Below are positions 1 through 9,552 of a DNA stretch of 30,881 nt, piece by piece (position 1 is the first letter of the stretch; the number at the start of each line of letters is the position of its first letter). The stretch comes from a virus (lineage: Duplodnaviria > Caudoviricetes). Position numbers and translations under genes: made by a program. The stretch spans positions 1 through 30,881 of IMG/VR virus record IMGVR_UViG_3300017978_000092. One strand, 5' to 3'. The notes under the pieces are model-generated. The model was given only the letters and a program-made list of their open reading frames with translations, had not been told where the DNA came from and did no database searches.

Positions 1-55
1 ACCGGTAAATACAATTTTATATAAACGCTATTTATAATCGATATGACTTGGAAAG
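1..55. repeat. 55-bp terminal direct repeat, left copy (circular-contig overlap)
   Basis: 1-55 is identical to 30827-30881; TerL ends inside it and gene 1 starts inside it, so the genome is continuous across the join (~30,826 bp). Confidence 0.95.
28..41 (+). promoter_or_regulatory. Putative late-promoter motif STATTTATWAWCGA, copy 1
   Basis: CTATTTATAATCGA directly before ATG 43; same motif at 7303-7316 and 9573-9586. Confidence 0.55.
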
Positions 56-690
56 ACGTTACTGTATGGCAGTGGATCCAGCTCCAGAATCTTCTTCAAA
101 AAACTGAAGGACTGACAGAGCTCGACATCGCTGTGAAATCCTTGGCTATTCTGACTAACCAAACAGAAAACCAAATAGACTCCTTATCTGTAAAGGATCT
201 AAATAAGCAATTATTAAAAATAAAGTTCATCACTGACACGCTCCCAGAGCCTAAGCCGGTGGACTTTATTAAGACGCCTGGTAGACGTTACCGGTGTATC
301 TATGACGTTCGGAATATACCCTATGCGCGCTACCTAGAAACGAAGTTTTTCGGGGCTGACATAGCGATGAACATTCACAAGATCGCCGCGTCTATGGTCA
401 TGCCTATGAAGCGGACCTGGAGAGGATGGAAAGTATGCAAGTACGATTCGGCTAAGCACGAGGAATACGCTGAGGATATCTTGGAAGCTCCGTTCGAACA
501 AGTCTACGGCTCGATAGTTTTTTTTTGTCAAGTCTTCAGCGACTCGATAAAGAATTTGTCGGGCTATTTCAAGACGGAATCAATGAAGGCGGGGATGACG
601 GAAGAGGAGGCAGAGATTCTGGTGGAGGGTTTATGCAACGCTTTGGATGGATATACCAGGCCACAATTATTGCGGAGCACGAAAGGATAA
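43..690 (+). CDS. Tail assembly chaperone (gpG-like), zero-frame product
   Basis: 215-aa ORF with a 9-T slippery run at 518-526 and an overlapping -1 ORF; heads the tail gene block. Confidence 0.6.
   Translation: MTWKDVTVWQWIQLQNLLQKTEGLTELDIAVKSLAILTNQTENQIDSLSVKDLNKQLLKIKFITDTLPEPKPVDFIKTPGRRYRCIYDVRNIPYARYLETKFFGADIAMNIHKIAASMVMPMKRTWRGWKVCKYDSAKHEEYAEDILEAPFEQVYGSIVFFCQVFSDSIKNLSGYFKTESMKAGMTEEEAEILVEGLCNALDGYTRPQLLRSTKG
518..526 (+). other. Slippery site T TTT TTT for a programmed -1 ribosomal frameshift
   Basis: Reads GTT TTT TTT TGT in frame 0; the -1 frame is open from here to TAG 806. Confidence 0.65.
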
Positions 691-806
691 AATTGTCTGA
701 AGTTTACGAGCTTCCGACGATCCAGGCTTTGAATGATTTGTCGTATTTAAAGAGTAAAACAGCGCACGATCGCGAACAAATAAAACAAGCGTATGCCAAG
801 CATTAG
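525..806 (+). CDS. -1 frame extension of the tail chaperone (gpGT-like C-terminus; fusion ~254 aa)
   Basis: ORF call begins at the slippery run with no convincing start of its own; F..RFGWIY...LPTIQALNDLSYLK; stop overlaps the next gene start. Confidence 0.65.
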   Translation: MSSLQRLDKEFVGLFQDGINEGGDDGRGGRDSGGGFMQRFGWIYQATIIAEHERIKLSEVYELPTIQALNDLSYLKSKTAHDREQIKQAYAKH

Positions 807-1488
807 TCAAGCTCAAGCTTCTTTAGGATCAGACTTCACGGCTGGAGGAATCTCCAAAGGTGGGGAAGTGGTTTTGAATGCTGTCGAGGCGATCATGACT
901 CAGGCAGCTTTTGAGTTTATTCAGCTGGCTAAAAAAAGATTAACTCAGAGAGGCAAGATCGACACTGGTAATCTGTCTGATATCGTAGTCACGGAAGTAA
1001 AGCAGAGCGGAACTAAATACTCTTTGACGATCGGATATGATAAAAATAATCCAGCGTCTGAGTATTACGATTTCAACGACAAAGGTGTGAAGGGTATCGG
1101 AGGCTTCAAAGGATCGCTTCCTAGAGGATTTCGCGAGCCTACAAATAGTCCATATAGCTTTAAGAATTTACGCCTTTCTAGTGGCTTCATTACGTCGATC
1201 ACTAAGTGGTATTTAAGACATAAGTCTTATATACGCAACGAGGACCAGAGAAAGAATCTGACCGGCTTACAGCGCAAAAGAAAAACGCTTGGCAATGTGG
1301 TAGACAAAACAGAGACGCTTCGAAATCTGGCAATAGCAACGGCTAGAAATATAAAAAGAAAAGGTATCTCTAGGACTGGATTCTTCGAAGATAATATCGA
1401 AGAGGCATTCGGTCAGGACTTCCAGATCAAGCTTGCCAAAGCACTAGGTCAAGACGTAGCTTTAAACATTAAACAAACATTCAAATAA
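793..1488 (+). CDS. Putative neck/tail-completion protein (HK97 gp10-like)
   Basis: Basic protein with DTGNL, Y..F.DKGVKG and C-terminal I.R.GI..T.FFE motifs; structural context. Confidence 0.5.
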   Translation: MPSISQAQASLGSDFTAGGISKGGEVVLNAVEAIMTQAAFEFIQLAKKRLTQRGKIDTGNLSDIVVTEVKQSGTKYSLTIGYDKNNPASEYYDFNDKGVKGIGGFKGSLPRGFREPTNSPYSFKNLRLSSGFITSITKWYLRHKSYIRNEDQRKNLTGLQRKRKTLGNVVDKTETLRNLAIATARNIKRKGISRTGFFEDNIEEAFGQDFQIKLAKALGQDVALNIKQTFK

Positions 1489-2639
1489 TGGCGATCACTA
1501 TTGAAAGCATTCCTCCTAGTTATTCTTCCGCTCATGACGCGCTCTGGTTCGTCGTGAGCTCGGACAACGTAGGACTAACCAACTTCAAATATGTATTTGA
1601 CATACAGATTAATTCAGCAACCGTCGCAAGCTTCAAAGTCTATCCAGACTCTAACAATTTGGGGATCATCGATTTCGGACCTATTGTCAGAAATTACTTT
1701 GCAAGCCAACTTGTCGATGACGGCTCAGGATTTGTCCGCAATGCAGACTCTTTCCTGGCTGTCGATTACACGATCCGCTACGGGGAAGAATACAATGGTG
1801 TAACTTATCCGAACTTAACTTCTGGATCCTATAAGGGCTGGAACTTTTCGCTTGATCCTTTCCGAACTCCGATGACTACTTATGAAAATAAGTTCCTAAC
1901 ATCGCGCGACCGGACAGCTGCGAAGGTAGTTCAGGGAGAATCTTTCTTGATAACTTACTTTAATTCAGACTTAGCCAGCTCGCTAACTGCTACGATCCAG
2001 AATCTAAATGAGGACGGCACCAATAACGGAAGCGCATCGACTGGCTCTAACTTCTTACCTAGCGCAGTACACGGAATCCTTTTGGACCTATCTCCGGCTT
2101 CGATAAACGCCTACCTAGGTACGACTAAGATCACGGCGAGTACTTATGCCTATCGCGTATCGATCGGCTCTGATTCGATAACTATCACACAAACGTGCGC
2201 GCCTAGATTTACACCGGTTCAGATCGTATTCCAAAATCAGTTTGGAGGGTACGATCAATTCGCGTTTAGATTGCTATCGAGACAGAATAAAAAAATGGAT
2301 CGCAAAACTTACACACGCTCAGGATATGAAATTAACACTAGCACAAAAACGATGGATTTCAAAGATTCGTCTAATGTTTTTTACGGGGGTACAAGAAGCT
2401 TCACGACTGGTATCGATTATTCTTACTTTATAATCTCTGATTATTTAACGATCGATGACTACAATCTGGGATCTCAGCTTTTAGCTTCTAATGAGATTTA
2501 TTATCAATTTGGGGGTAATTACTACCCGATCGTTTTCACTGCCACAAACTGGCAGGAAAAAAATAATAGCTCAGATAAGATATTCAACTACGAATTGAAC
2601 TTTGACCTAGGTATCAAACAGTTTAGCCAGTTTAAATAA
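1488..2639 (+). CDS. Virion structural protein, putative distal tail/baseplate component
   Basis: 383 aa, beta-rich and S/T/N-rich, with F.N.FGGYD.F.F motif; TAATG-coupled to both neighbours. Confidence 0.55.
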   Translation: MAITIESIPPSYSSAHDALWFVVSSDNVGLTNFKYVFDIQINSATVASFKVYPDSNNLGIIDFGPIVRNYFASQLVDDGSGFVRNADSFLAVDYTIRYGEEYNGVTYPNLTSGSYKGWNFSLDPFRTPMTTYENKFLTSRDRTAAKVVQGESFLITYFNSDLASSLTATIQNLNEDGTNNGSASTGSNFLPSAVHGILLDLSPASINAYLGTTKITASTYAYRVSIGSDSITITQTCAPRFTPVQIVFQNQFGGYDQFAFRLLSRQNKKMDRKTYTRSGYEINTSTKTMDFKDSSNVFYGGTRSFTTGIDYSYFIISDYLTIDDYNLGSQLLASNEIYYQFGGNYYPIVFTATNWQEKNNSSDKIFNYELNFDLGIKQFSQFK

Positions 2640-4795
2640 TGATCACAGAAATAATTTTAGAAAATAGCCGGCTTGATATTTACGAGGATATTGGGCTGGA
2701 ATTAAATTTGGCGATTGATGACATCAAAGACTTTAGCTCTAGAAATACGACGTATTCAAAAACGATCACAGTTCCAGGCAATGCTAATAATAATAAAATT
2801 TTTGGGCATATTTATAGCCTTACAAATTCTAATAATTACGGCGTTAATACAGATAATCCAAGCGTTGGTTATAATTTCGATCCGACTAAACAAACGAATG
2901 CGAAGATTTTTGTAAATAAAATCCAGGTATTTAAGGGCGTTCTTCGCTTGCTTGAGATCAAGATCAACAAGGGAACGATCGAGTACGAGTGCGCGGTGTT
3001 TGGAGAGCTTGGAGGCTTTGCTTCTGCGATTGCTAATAAGACGCTTGAGGATGAGGAGTTTTCAAACTACTTTTCGCAGTACGATCAAACCTGGACAGAA
3101 GTAAACGTTGAAAACTCCTGGGATGCTTCAGGAACTGGTGTGGTTTTCCCATTGATTGATTATGGTAACTGCAAGCAAGACGGGAATAACTACCACTTAA
3201 ACGCGTTTAGACCGGCTTTCTTTGTCCATGAAATAATGGATAAGATAATCGACTACTCTGGCTACACTTATTCAAGTGACTTCTTCAATACGTCATTCTT
3301 TAGATCGCTGATTATCCCGAATAATTTCGCAAACCTAGAGCAGGTCATCGCTAATTTATTAAACGCTCAGGCGGCTAATATCACGATCACTGGATCGGAT
3401 GAATTGCTGACTTTTAACTCGACAAATTTATATCAATTCACGGTCGCGTCAAGTAATACGTTCACGTTTACTGGCACTACTGGAACGCTTGGAAAGTTTA
3501 CTTTCCAGGGATATGGAACTGTTATAACTCAGCGCCAGGTAAATATCAAGCTATACCAGAATACGACAGTGATCGGATCCTGGACGCTTGCAGATAATGA
3601 CGATGAGCAAACCGAGTTCTACATTAACCAGGAGATCGAAGCTTCGCTGACAAATGGGGACACGTTCTATGTGGAAGTGACTACGAATCCAGGAAGTAAT
3701 CCGAACTACGAATTTATTTCAGAGAACTTAATGCTCGATTTTAATTCGGACAATTTGGTTCCGGTCGCTGCTACTTATGGCGCGTCACTTTCGATGCCGA
3801 ACTTATTACCTAAAGGAATCCTTCAGAAAGATCTATTTATCTCGATCTGCCGGATGTTTAACCTTTACGTGTATGAGGACAAGTCAAAGGATAAGCACAT
3901 CATGATTGAGCCCTTCATAGACTTCTATCAGATCGGTGGTGGCTTTATTAAGATTGATGACTTTGGAGACTTGCTTCTTCACGGAGAGCCAGGCGATACG
4001 ACTGGGCTAGTATTACTAGAGGATCCAGTATCAAACGCAATCGACTGGTCCGATAAGGTGGACTATTCTCAGCCGATTAGTATCAAGCCGATGAGCGAAC
4101 TTAATGCGCGCTTCTACGACTTCCAATATACAGAAGACGATGACTTCTTCAATGAGCGATACAATAAAAAATACAGCGAAAGCTACGGAGATAGAAAAGA
4201 GGATACTGGATTCGAGTTCACAAAGGACCGAACAAATATCGATATAATCTTTAGCCCTTCTGTATTAGTCAAAAGGACTGGAGATGACAAACTTTGCGCT
4301 TCTATTTTTGACCAGTCGGATAATGTGGAAGAAAGACGCGATACTAATATCCGAATCATGCAATTTCAGAAAATATCTGGAGTTTCATCTTGGACTATTA
4401 GACAAGTTAGCGAACAAGGATCGGGAATCTTAGGCTCTGCGATTACTTATTACGGCTATGCTGGACATTTAGATCATCCAACGGCACCGACTAAGGATAT
4501 TAATTTTGGGGTTCCTAAAGAATTGCTATTCAGTCTATCTGTGCAATATCCTTCAGCCAACTTATTCACTTCATTCTGGGGCGATTATTTGGCCGAGATC
4601 ATTGCTAAGGATAGTAAGCTCCTATCTTGCTATTTATACCTAGATCTGCAAGACATCTATTCGCTAGATTTTGCAAAGCTGATCCTGATTGATGGCGCGC
4701 TTTGGAGATTAAACAAAGTAAATGACTACAATCCAAGCGTTCCAAAAACTACCCAGGTAGAACTATTGAGAGTAATTGAATTAACATACGCATAA
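2639..4795 (+). CDS. Tail tip/hub structural protein
   Basis: 718 aa; N-terminal DI.D.SSR..TYSKTI.VPG..NN.IF and YP/FPLIDYG-type motifs typical of Bacteroidota siphophage tail-tip proteins; precedes tape measure. Confidence 0.6.
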   Translation: MITEIILENSRLDIYEDIGLELNLAIDDIKDFSSRNTTYSKTITVPGNANNNKIFGHIYSLTNSNNYGVNTDNPSVGYNFDPTKQTNAKIFVNKIQVFKGVLRLLEIKINKGTIEYECAVFGELGGFASAIANKTLEDEEFSNYFSQYDQTWTEVNVENSWDASGTGVVFPLIDYGNCKQDGNNYHLNAFRPAFFVHEIMDKIIDYSGYTYSSDFFNTSFFRSLIIPNNFANLEQVIANLLNAQAANITITGSDELLTFNSTNLYQFTVASSNTFTFTGTTGTLGKFTFQGYGTVITQRQVNIKLYQNTTVIGSWTLADNDDEQTEFYINQEIEASLTNGDTFYVEVTTNPGSNPNYEFISENLMLDFNSDNLVPVAATYGASLSMPNLLPKGILQKDLFISICRMFNLYVYEDKSKDKHIMIEPFIDFYQIGGGFIKIDDFGDLLLHGEPGDTTGLVLLEDPVSNAIDWSDKVDYSQPISIKPMSELNARFYDFQYTEDDDFFNERYNKKYSESYGDRKEDTGFEFTKDRTNIDIIFSPSVLVKRTGDDKLCASIFDQSDNVEERRDTNIRIMQFQKISGVSSWTIRQVSEQGSGILGSAITYYGYAGHLDHPTAPTKDINFGVPKELLFSLSVQYPSANLFTSFWGDYLAEIIAKDSKLLSCYLYLDLQDIYSLDFAKLILIDGALWRLNKVNDYNPSVPKTTQVELLRVIELTYA

Positions 4796-6669
4796 TGGCA
4801 GTAAACGAAACAGTAGGAATTAATCTAGTAGCCGACACGAAGAGTCTGAGAGGACAACTTCGTGAGGCTATGATGGAATTAGTAAAACTCCAAAATTCAG
4901 CTGGAGCCTCCGCTCAGGAGATTGCAAACGCTGCTAAAAGAGCTGCCGAATTAAAGGATAGAATAGGAGACGCTAAGGCTACGATCGAGGCGTTCGATCC
5001 AGATGCTAAATTTAAAGCATTTGGTCAGTCAATCCAGGGTGTAGCTGGTGCGTTCGCTGCAACTCAGGGAGCTTTGGCTCTTGTAGGGGTAGAATCTGCT
5101 GAGGTAGAGAAGCAACTCTTAAAAGTTCAGGGTGCCCTGGCGTTATCTGAAGGACTAAATACGGTCCTAGCATCGATCGATGGCTTTAAAAACTTAGGGC
5201 TAGTAATCAAAACAAACGTATTGAGCGCCTTTGCTAGCCTTAGAGCGACAGCCGTAGCTACGTTTACAACTATTAGAGGGGCATTAATTGCCACTGGAGT
5301 AGGTGCTTTTGCGATAGCTTTAGGATTAATCGTCTCAAATTTTGATGCAATTAAGGAGGCGGTCCTTAAAGCGATCCCTGGTCTGGCTAATGTAGGTAAG
5401 ATTTTCACTGGATTAGTGGAGAAAGTGACCGATTTTATAGGCATTACAAACCAGGCAGACAGAGCTTTAGAGAAATTCACTAAGACTTCAGAGCGTAGAA
5501 AGGAAACTTTAGAGTCTGATCTTAAAGTTTTAGAAGCAACTGGAGCCAGCGAGAAGGTACTTTCTGAGAAGCGCAAGGAGATTGTCAATACTGACTTAAA
5601 TGTATTACGTCAAAAACTAAAGACAAACGGGGAGTTAAGCAAAGAGGAAATGAAGAAATTCCGCGAGCTTAAAACTGACTTAGTCGTGATTGACGCTAAA
5701 TACAATAAGTCTGTAACGGATGAAAATAAAAAGCGTAATGAAGAAGTAGCTAAGCAAAATAAAGAGGCAGCAGACAAAGAGCTAGCCGCTGCTAAAAAAC
5801 GCCTGGAAGATCTTCGCAAAGGAGCGGAAGATACACGCGCAGAATATGAAAAGAATCAGGCAAGGATCAACAAGGAAGATGAAGACATCGCAAATAGAAA
5901 CGCGGAGAAATTCCTGACTGATCAAGAAAAAGAAATTGAATTAGAGCAGGCAAAATATGACAAGCTTTATGAAGATCGTCTAAAATTTGGGGGAGATCTT
6001 GAAGGCGTAGAAGAGGCACGACAAGAAGCGCTTCTAAAGATCAATGAAAAATACGAACAGCAAGCGCTTGAAAATTTAAGCACGACTTCTGAGGATATCG
6101 TACAAACTAATAGAGCTACTCAGCAGATGCAAACTGAGGACGCGAAGAAAAACGCTGAGGCTAGAAAGAAAATCGCTCAAGAAGAAGCAAAGGCTAAGAT
6201 CGCAGCAGCTCAAGCAACTGCTGACACACTAGCGAACTTATCGAATTTATTAGGGCAAGAGACGGCAGCAGGAAAGGCGGCAGCGGTAGCAAGCGCGACG
6301 ATCTCAGCGATATTATCAGCTCAGAAAGCTTACGAGTCTACGATTGGGATTCCTTTCGTAGGACCAGTGCTTGCTCCGATCAATGCTGGACTTGCTTTAG
6401 CTTCTGGATATAAATCGATTCAGAACATCTTAGCTGTCCAGGTTCCTGGTCAATCTGGTGGAGGATCAGCGCCTAGCTTAGGATCAGCACCAAGCGCAGG
6501 AGCCGGCGCTCCTATTGCGCCAAGATCAGCGGAGCCTATCCCGACTTCATTGGATCAGAGATCACTAAATAGTATCTCAAACGTAACGACACGCGCGTAT
6601 GTGGTAGAGAGTGACATCACTGGATCACAGAAAAGAATTGAGCGTATCGAAAAAGCTTCAAGATTTTAA
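4795..6669 (+). CDS. Tape measure protein
   Basis: 624 aa, Ala-rich and helical; ALIATGVGAFAIALG hydrophobic segment, long coiled coil, C-terminal RAYVVESDIT..Q motif. Confidence 0.8.
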   Translation: MAVNETVGINLVADTKSLRGQLREAMMELVKLQNSAGASAQEIANAAKRAAELKDRIGDAKATIEAFDPDAKFKAFGQSIQGVAGAFAATQGALALVGVESAEVEKQLLKVQGALALSEGLNTVLASIDGFKNLGLVIKTNVLSAFASLRATAVATFTTIRGALIATGVGAFAIALGLIVSNFDAIKEAVLKAIPGLANVGKIFTGLVEKVTDFIGITNQADRALEKFTKTSERRKETLESDLKVLEATGASEKVLSEKRKEIVNTDLNVLRQKLKTNGELSKEEMKKFRELKTDLVVIDAKYNKSVTDENKKRNEEVAKQNKEAADKELAAAKKRLEDLRKGAEDTRAEYEKNQARINKEDEDIANRNAEKFLTDQEKEIELEQAKYDKLYEDRLKFGGDLEGVEEARQEALLKINEKYEQQALENLSTTSEDIVQTNRATQQMQTEDAKKNAEARKKIAQEEAKAKIAAAQATADTLANLSNLLGQETAAGKAAAVASATISAILSAQKAYESTIGIPFVGPVLAPINAGLALASGYKSIQNILAVQVPGQSGGGSAPSLGSAPSAGAGAPIAPRSAEPIPTSLDQRSLNSISNVTTRAYVVESDITGSQKRIERIEKASRF

Positions 6670-6683
6670 CTAAAAAATAAAGA

Positions 6684-7280
6684 ATGAATTTACCTATTTA
6701 TTTACTAGAAATTAACGAGGATCTAATGGATGGATCAGAAGTAGATTTTGTCGCTTTGGTAGATAAGCCAGCGATCGAGAGAAACTTCCTTCGCTTCAAA
6801 GAGGATCGCATGAATTTTGAGATCCAAGACGAAGAGCGTCGAATCATCTCAGGTCCTATGATGTTAGCAGATACACCGATCTATCGTAATGATAACGGCC
6901 AAGAGTATTTCGTTTCATTCCCAAAGGATACGATTTATAAGATCGTCAAAAAAATGTTCCAGAAGGGATACACTTCAAACGTCAATTTGATGCATGATCC
7001 TAATCAGGTAGTCGATGGCGTCACGATGTTTGAGTGTTGGATCACAGATGAGTCGAGAGGTATCAAACCAATGAAAGGATTTGAAGACGCTCCAGACGGA
7101 TCAGCTTTTGCCTCTTATTCGATCGATAATGATGAAGTGTGGGGAGACATTAAAGCAGGTAAGTTTAAAGGATTATCTGTTGAAGGTATGTTCAACTACA
7201 AGAAACATCCAGGAGATATGACTAAAGAAGAAAAGCTCTGGTCTGACATTGCTAAGATTTTGGATGAGTGCAAAGTTTAA
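6684..7280 (+). CDS. Prohead protease (XkdF-like/S78 serine protease)
   Basis: ALVDKPAIE, GPMMLAD.PIYR, N.MH and W..IK.G.FKGLSVEG motifs; upstream of scaffold and capsid. Confidence 0.8.
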   Translation: MNLPIYLLEINEDLMDGSEVDFVALVDKPAIERNFLRFKEDRMNFEIQDEERRIISGPMMLADTPIYRNDNGQEYFVSFPKDTIYKIVKKMFQKGYTSNVNLMHDPNQVVDGVTMFECWITDESRGIKPMKGFEDAPDGSAFASYSIDNDEVWGDIKAGKFKGLSVEGMFNYKKHPGDMTKEEKLWSDIAKILDECKV

Positions 7281-7282
7281 AG

Positions 7283-7316
7283 TATAAACTTTTTTTTTAT
7301 CTGTATTTATAAACGA
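7283..7316 (+). promoter_or_regulatory. Putative late promoter, copy 2 (TATAAA-N15-TATTTATAAACGA)
   Basis: Intergenic, upstream of scaffold/capsid; same spacing as copy 3. Confidence 0.55.
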
Positions 7317-7335
7317 GTAATAAATTAAACTAAAC

Positions 7336-7929
7336 ATGACAGTAAAAGAAGGAATCGAAAAAATCCGCTTGATGCTAGCTTCAGAAAACGAAGAAGTACA
7401 AGTGGAGACTAGCGAGGAATCTGCACCGGTCACTGAATTGTCTTTCGAAACTTATGATCTTAAAGACGGATCTAAGATTGATTTAAGCGGTTTGGAGATT
7501 GGAGCTGAAGCTTCGATAGTAGATGAAAGCGGAAATACTTCTCCTGCACCAGAAGGAGAGTATGAGCTAGTAGACGGTACTATGATCACGATCGTAGGTG
7601 GTAAGGTAGAAGGCATTGAGACTCCTCAAGCTGAAGCTGAGCCAATTGAAATGCCAGAGGAAGAGATTCCAATGGAGTCGGACAAGTTCACAGAGATCGA
7701 TGGCACAATCGAAAACTTAAAGGCAGAGAACGAAGCTTTAAAAGCTAAGATCGCATCTATCGAGGGTAAATTCTCTCAAGCGATCAACGATCTTTCTGAC
7801 GTAGTTTTAGGTTTAGCTTCAACTCCTAGCGCTGGTCCTATCCAGGCACCAAAAAATTCTTTCTCTCAAGTAGAGAAAAGAGAAGATAAAATCGAGAGAT
7901 TTTTAAACAAAGTAAAAAATTTAAAATAA
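7336..7929 (+). CDS. Capsid scaffolding protein
   Basis: Very acidic, with APEGEYELVDG motif and a coiled coil; lies between protease and capsid. Confidence 0.65.
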   Translation: MTVKEGIEKIRLMLASENEEVQVETSEESAPVTELSFETYDLKDGSKIDLSGLEIGAEASIVDESGNTSPAPEGEYELVDGTMITIVGGKVEGIETPQAEAEPIEMPEEEIPMESDKFTEIDGTIENLKAENEALKAKIASIEGKFSQAINDLSDVVLGLASTPSAGPIQAPKNSFSQVEKREDKIERFLNKVKNLK

Positions 7930-7948
7930 CAATTTAACAAACAAAAAG

Positions 7949-8911
7949 ATGGCATTTGTAGTATCTTCATTGGCTGACTATACAGAACAAAACGCGACTC
8001 AATTAGTAGCGTCTTCAGTATTAGGAGCAAAAACAATCTCTTTGATCAAGGATCAAGGTAACGTAATGTTAGGCGTAAAATCTGCTGAGACAGTAAACAT
8101 TATGGACACAGACGCGTTCTTCCAAGATGGTTCTTCTTGCGGTTTCAACGCTTCTGGCACAACTACTTTCACACAGCGTACATTAACTGTTGGAAAGATC
8201 AAAGTAAACGAGGCACTTTGCCCGAAAGATTTAGAAGCTAAGTATTTACAGAAGGCATTGCCAGCTGGATCTTCTTACGATTCTATCGTATTCGCTGCTG
8301 AATACTCACAACGTAAGGCTGACAAGATCGCTTCTCAATTAGAGATCGCGGTATGGCAAGGCGATACAGCTTCAGCAAACGGAAACTTGAACAAGTTCGA
8401 CGGTTTCGCTAAGTTAATTGCTGCTGCTTCTGCTTCAGTAATCCACGCTAACACGACTACTTACTACGGTACTCCTTTAGCTGCTTCTGCTGGTATCACT
8501 ACTTCAAACGTGATCGCTGTAATTGATGCAGTTTACAAGGCATTACCTGCTGAGATCGTAGCTAAGGACGATGCGACTATCTTCGTAGGAATGGATGTAT
8601 TCCGTACTTACACAATCGCATTAAAGAACGCGAACTTATTCGCTTACAACTTTGATGGCAAGGCAGATTCAGAATTGATGTTGCCAGGAACTACTATTAA
8701 GGTGGTAGCTGTTCAAGGTTTGAATGGTCTTTCTAAGATCTATGGTGGTCGCGTTTCAAACATGTTCTACGGTACTGACTTATTAGATGAGCAAGAGCGT
8801 TTCGAATTGTTCTTCGCTAAAGAAGCAGATCAAGTTCGCTTCGTAGCTGAGTTCAAGGCTGGCGTTCAGATCGCTTTCCCTGCTGAGATGGTAGATTTCA
8901 TCTTAGCTTAA
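7949..8911 (+). CDS. Major capsid protein
   Basis: 320 aa, high-expression codon bias; LCPKDLE, WQGD and FDGF.KL motifs; follows protease and scaffold. Confidence 0.85.
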   Translation: MAFVVSSLADYTEQNATQLVASSVLGAKTISLIKDQGNVMLGVKSAETVNIMDTDAFFQDGSSCGFNASGTTTFTQRTLTVGKIKVNEALCPKDLEAKYLQKALPAGSSYDSIVFAAEYSQRKADKIASQLEIAVWQGDTASANGNLNKFDGFAKLIAAASASVIHANTTTYYGTPLAASAGITTSNVIAVIDAVYKALPAEIVAKDDATIFVGMDVFRTYTIALKNANLFAYNFDGKADSELMLPGTTIKVVAVQGLNGLSKIYGGRVSNMFYGTDLLDEQERFELFFAKEADQVRFVAEFKAGVQIAFPAEMVDFILA

Positions 8912-8928
8912 TTCTTACCAATAAGTTC

Positions 8929-8962
8929 GGGGAGATCCATTGGATTGGACTCCCCTAATTTT
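8929..8962 (+). terminator. Hairpin/partial terminator after the capsid gene
   Basis: GGGGAG-A-TCCA-loop-TGGA-CTCCCC followed by TAATTTT. Confidence 0.55.
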
Positions 8963-8982
8963 AACCTTTTAAATTTAAAATA

Positions 8983-9495
8983 ATGGCTTGCGCATTAACT
9001 CAAGGATATACCTTAGATTGCAAAGATTCATTAGGCGGAATCACGGAAGTGTATTTCATTGAAAAGGGTAACGTATCTAGCACGACTGAAGCAAGCGGTG
9101 TAATTACTGCAATCACTAAGGGAAGCGGTAAGGTTTTTAGAAAATACGAATTAGTTCCTGGAACTTCTTCTTTGACTGAGAACATCAACGCGAACGTGCA
9201 AAACGGGACTGTATTCTACGCTCAGGAATTGTCAATCATTCTTAACAAATTACAAGCGAATACAAGAAATGAAATTCTTTTATTAGCTCAGAATACTTTA
9301 GTAGCTGTCGTAGGCGATAACAACGGCAAATACTGGTATTTAGGCAAGGTCCACGGACTTAATATGTCAGGTGGCAATGGTGCAACCGGTACGGCTCAAG
9401 GAGATCGTTCTGGATACACTTTGACATTCTCTGCTTCAGAAGGTGCTTTGGCTCCAGAAGTAGCTAGCGGTGTAATCTCTGGATTGACTGCTTAG
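8983..9495 (+). CDS. Major tail tube protein
   Basis: MAC.LT.G..L.CKD..GGI..VYF N-terminus, NGT.FY.Q.L and GD.SGYTLTF motifs; strong codon bias. Confidence 0.7.
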   Translation: MACALTQGYTLDCKDSLGGITEVYFIEKGNVSSTTEASGVITAITKGSGKVFRKYELVPGTSSLTENINANVQNGTVFYAQELSIILNKLQANTRNEILLLAQNTLVAVVGDNNGKYWYLGKVHGLNMSGGNGATGTAQGDRSGYTLTFSASEGALAPEVASGVISGLTA

Positions 9496-9548
9496 TAAGA
9501 TAGTCGTTTGGTTAGACGGGGAGGGGGCGAGAGCCTCCTCTTTTTTTT
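9496..9548 (+). ncRNA. Candidate 3'-UTR antisense sRNA (seed TCGTTTGGTTAGA, 9504-9516)
   Basis: Seed is the reverse complement of the TCTAACCAAACGA-type motif found before ATGs at 14956, 15574, 19805, 25435 and 27288. Confidence 0.45.
9521..9548 (+). terminator. Rho-independent terminator
   Basis: GAGGGGGC-GAGA-GCCTCCTC followed by 8 T. Confidence 0.9.
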
Positions 9549-9552
9549 GTTT

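Noticed and set aside
29-36. TATTTATA read as a minus-strand T4 late promoter (TATAAATA)
   Set aside because: There are no minus-strand genes to drive, and the motif is consistently positioned just upstream of + strand starts.
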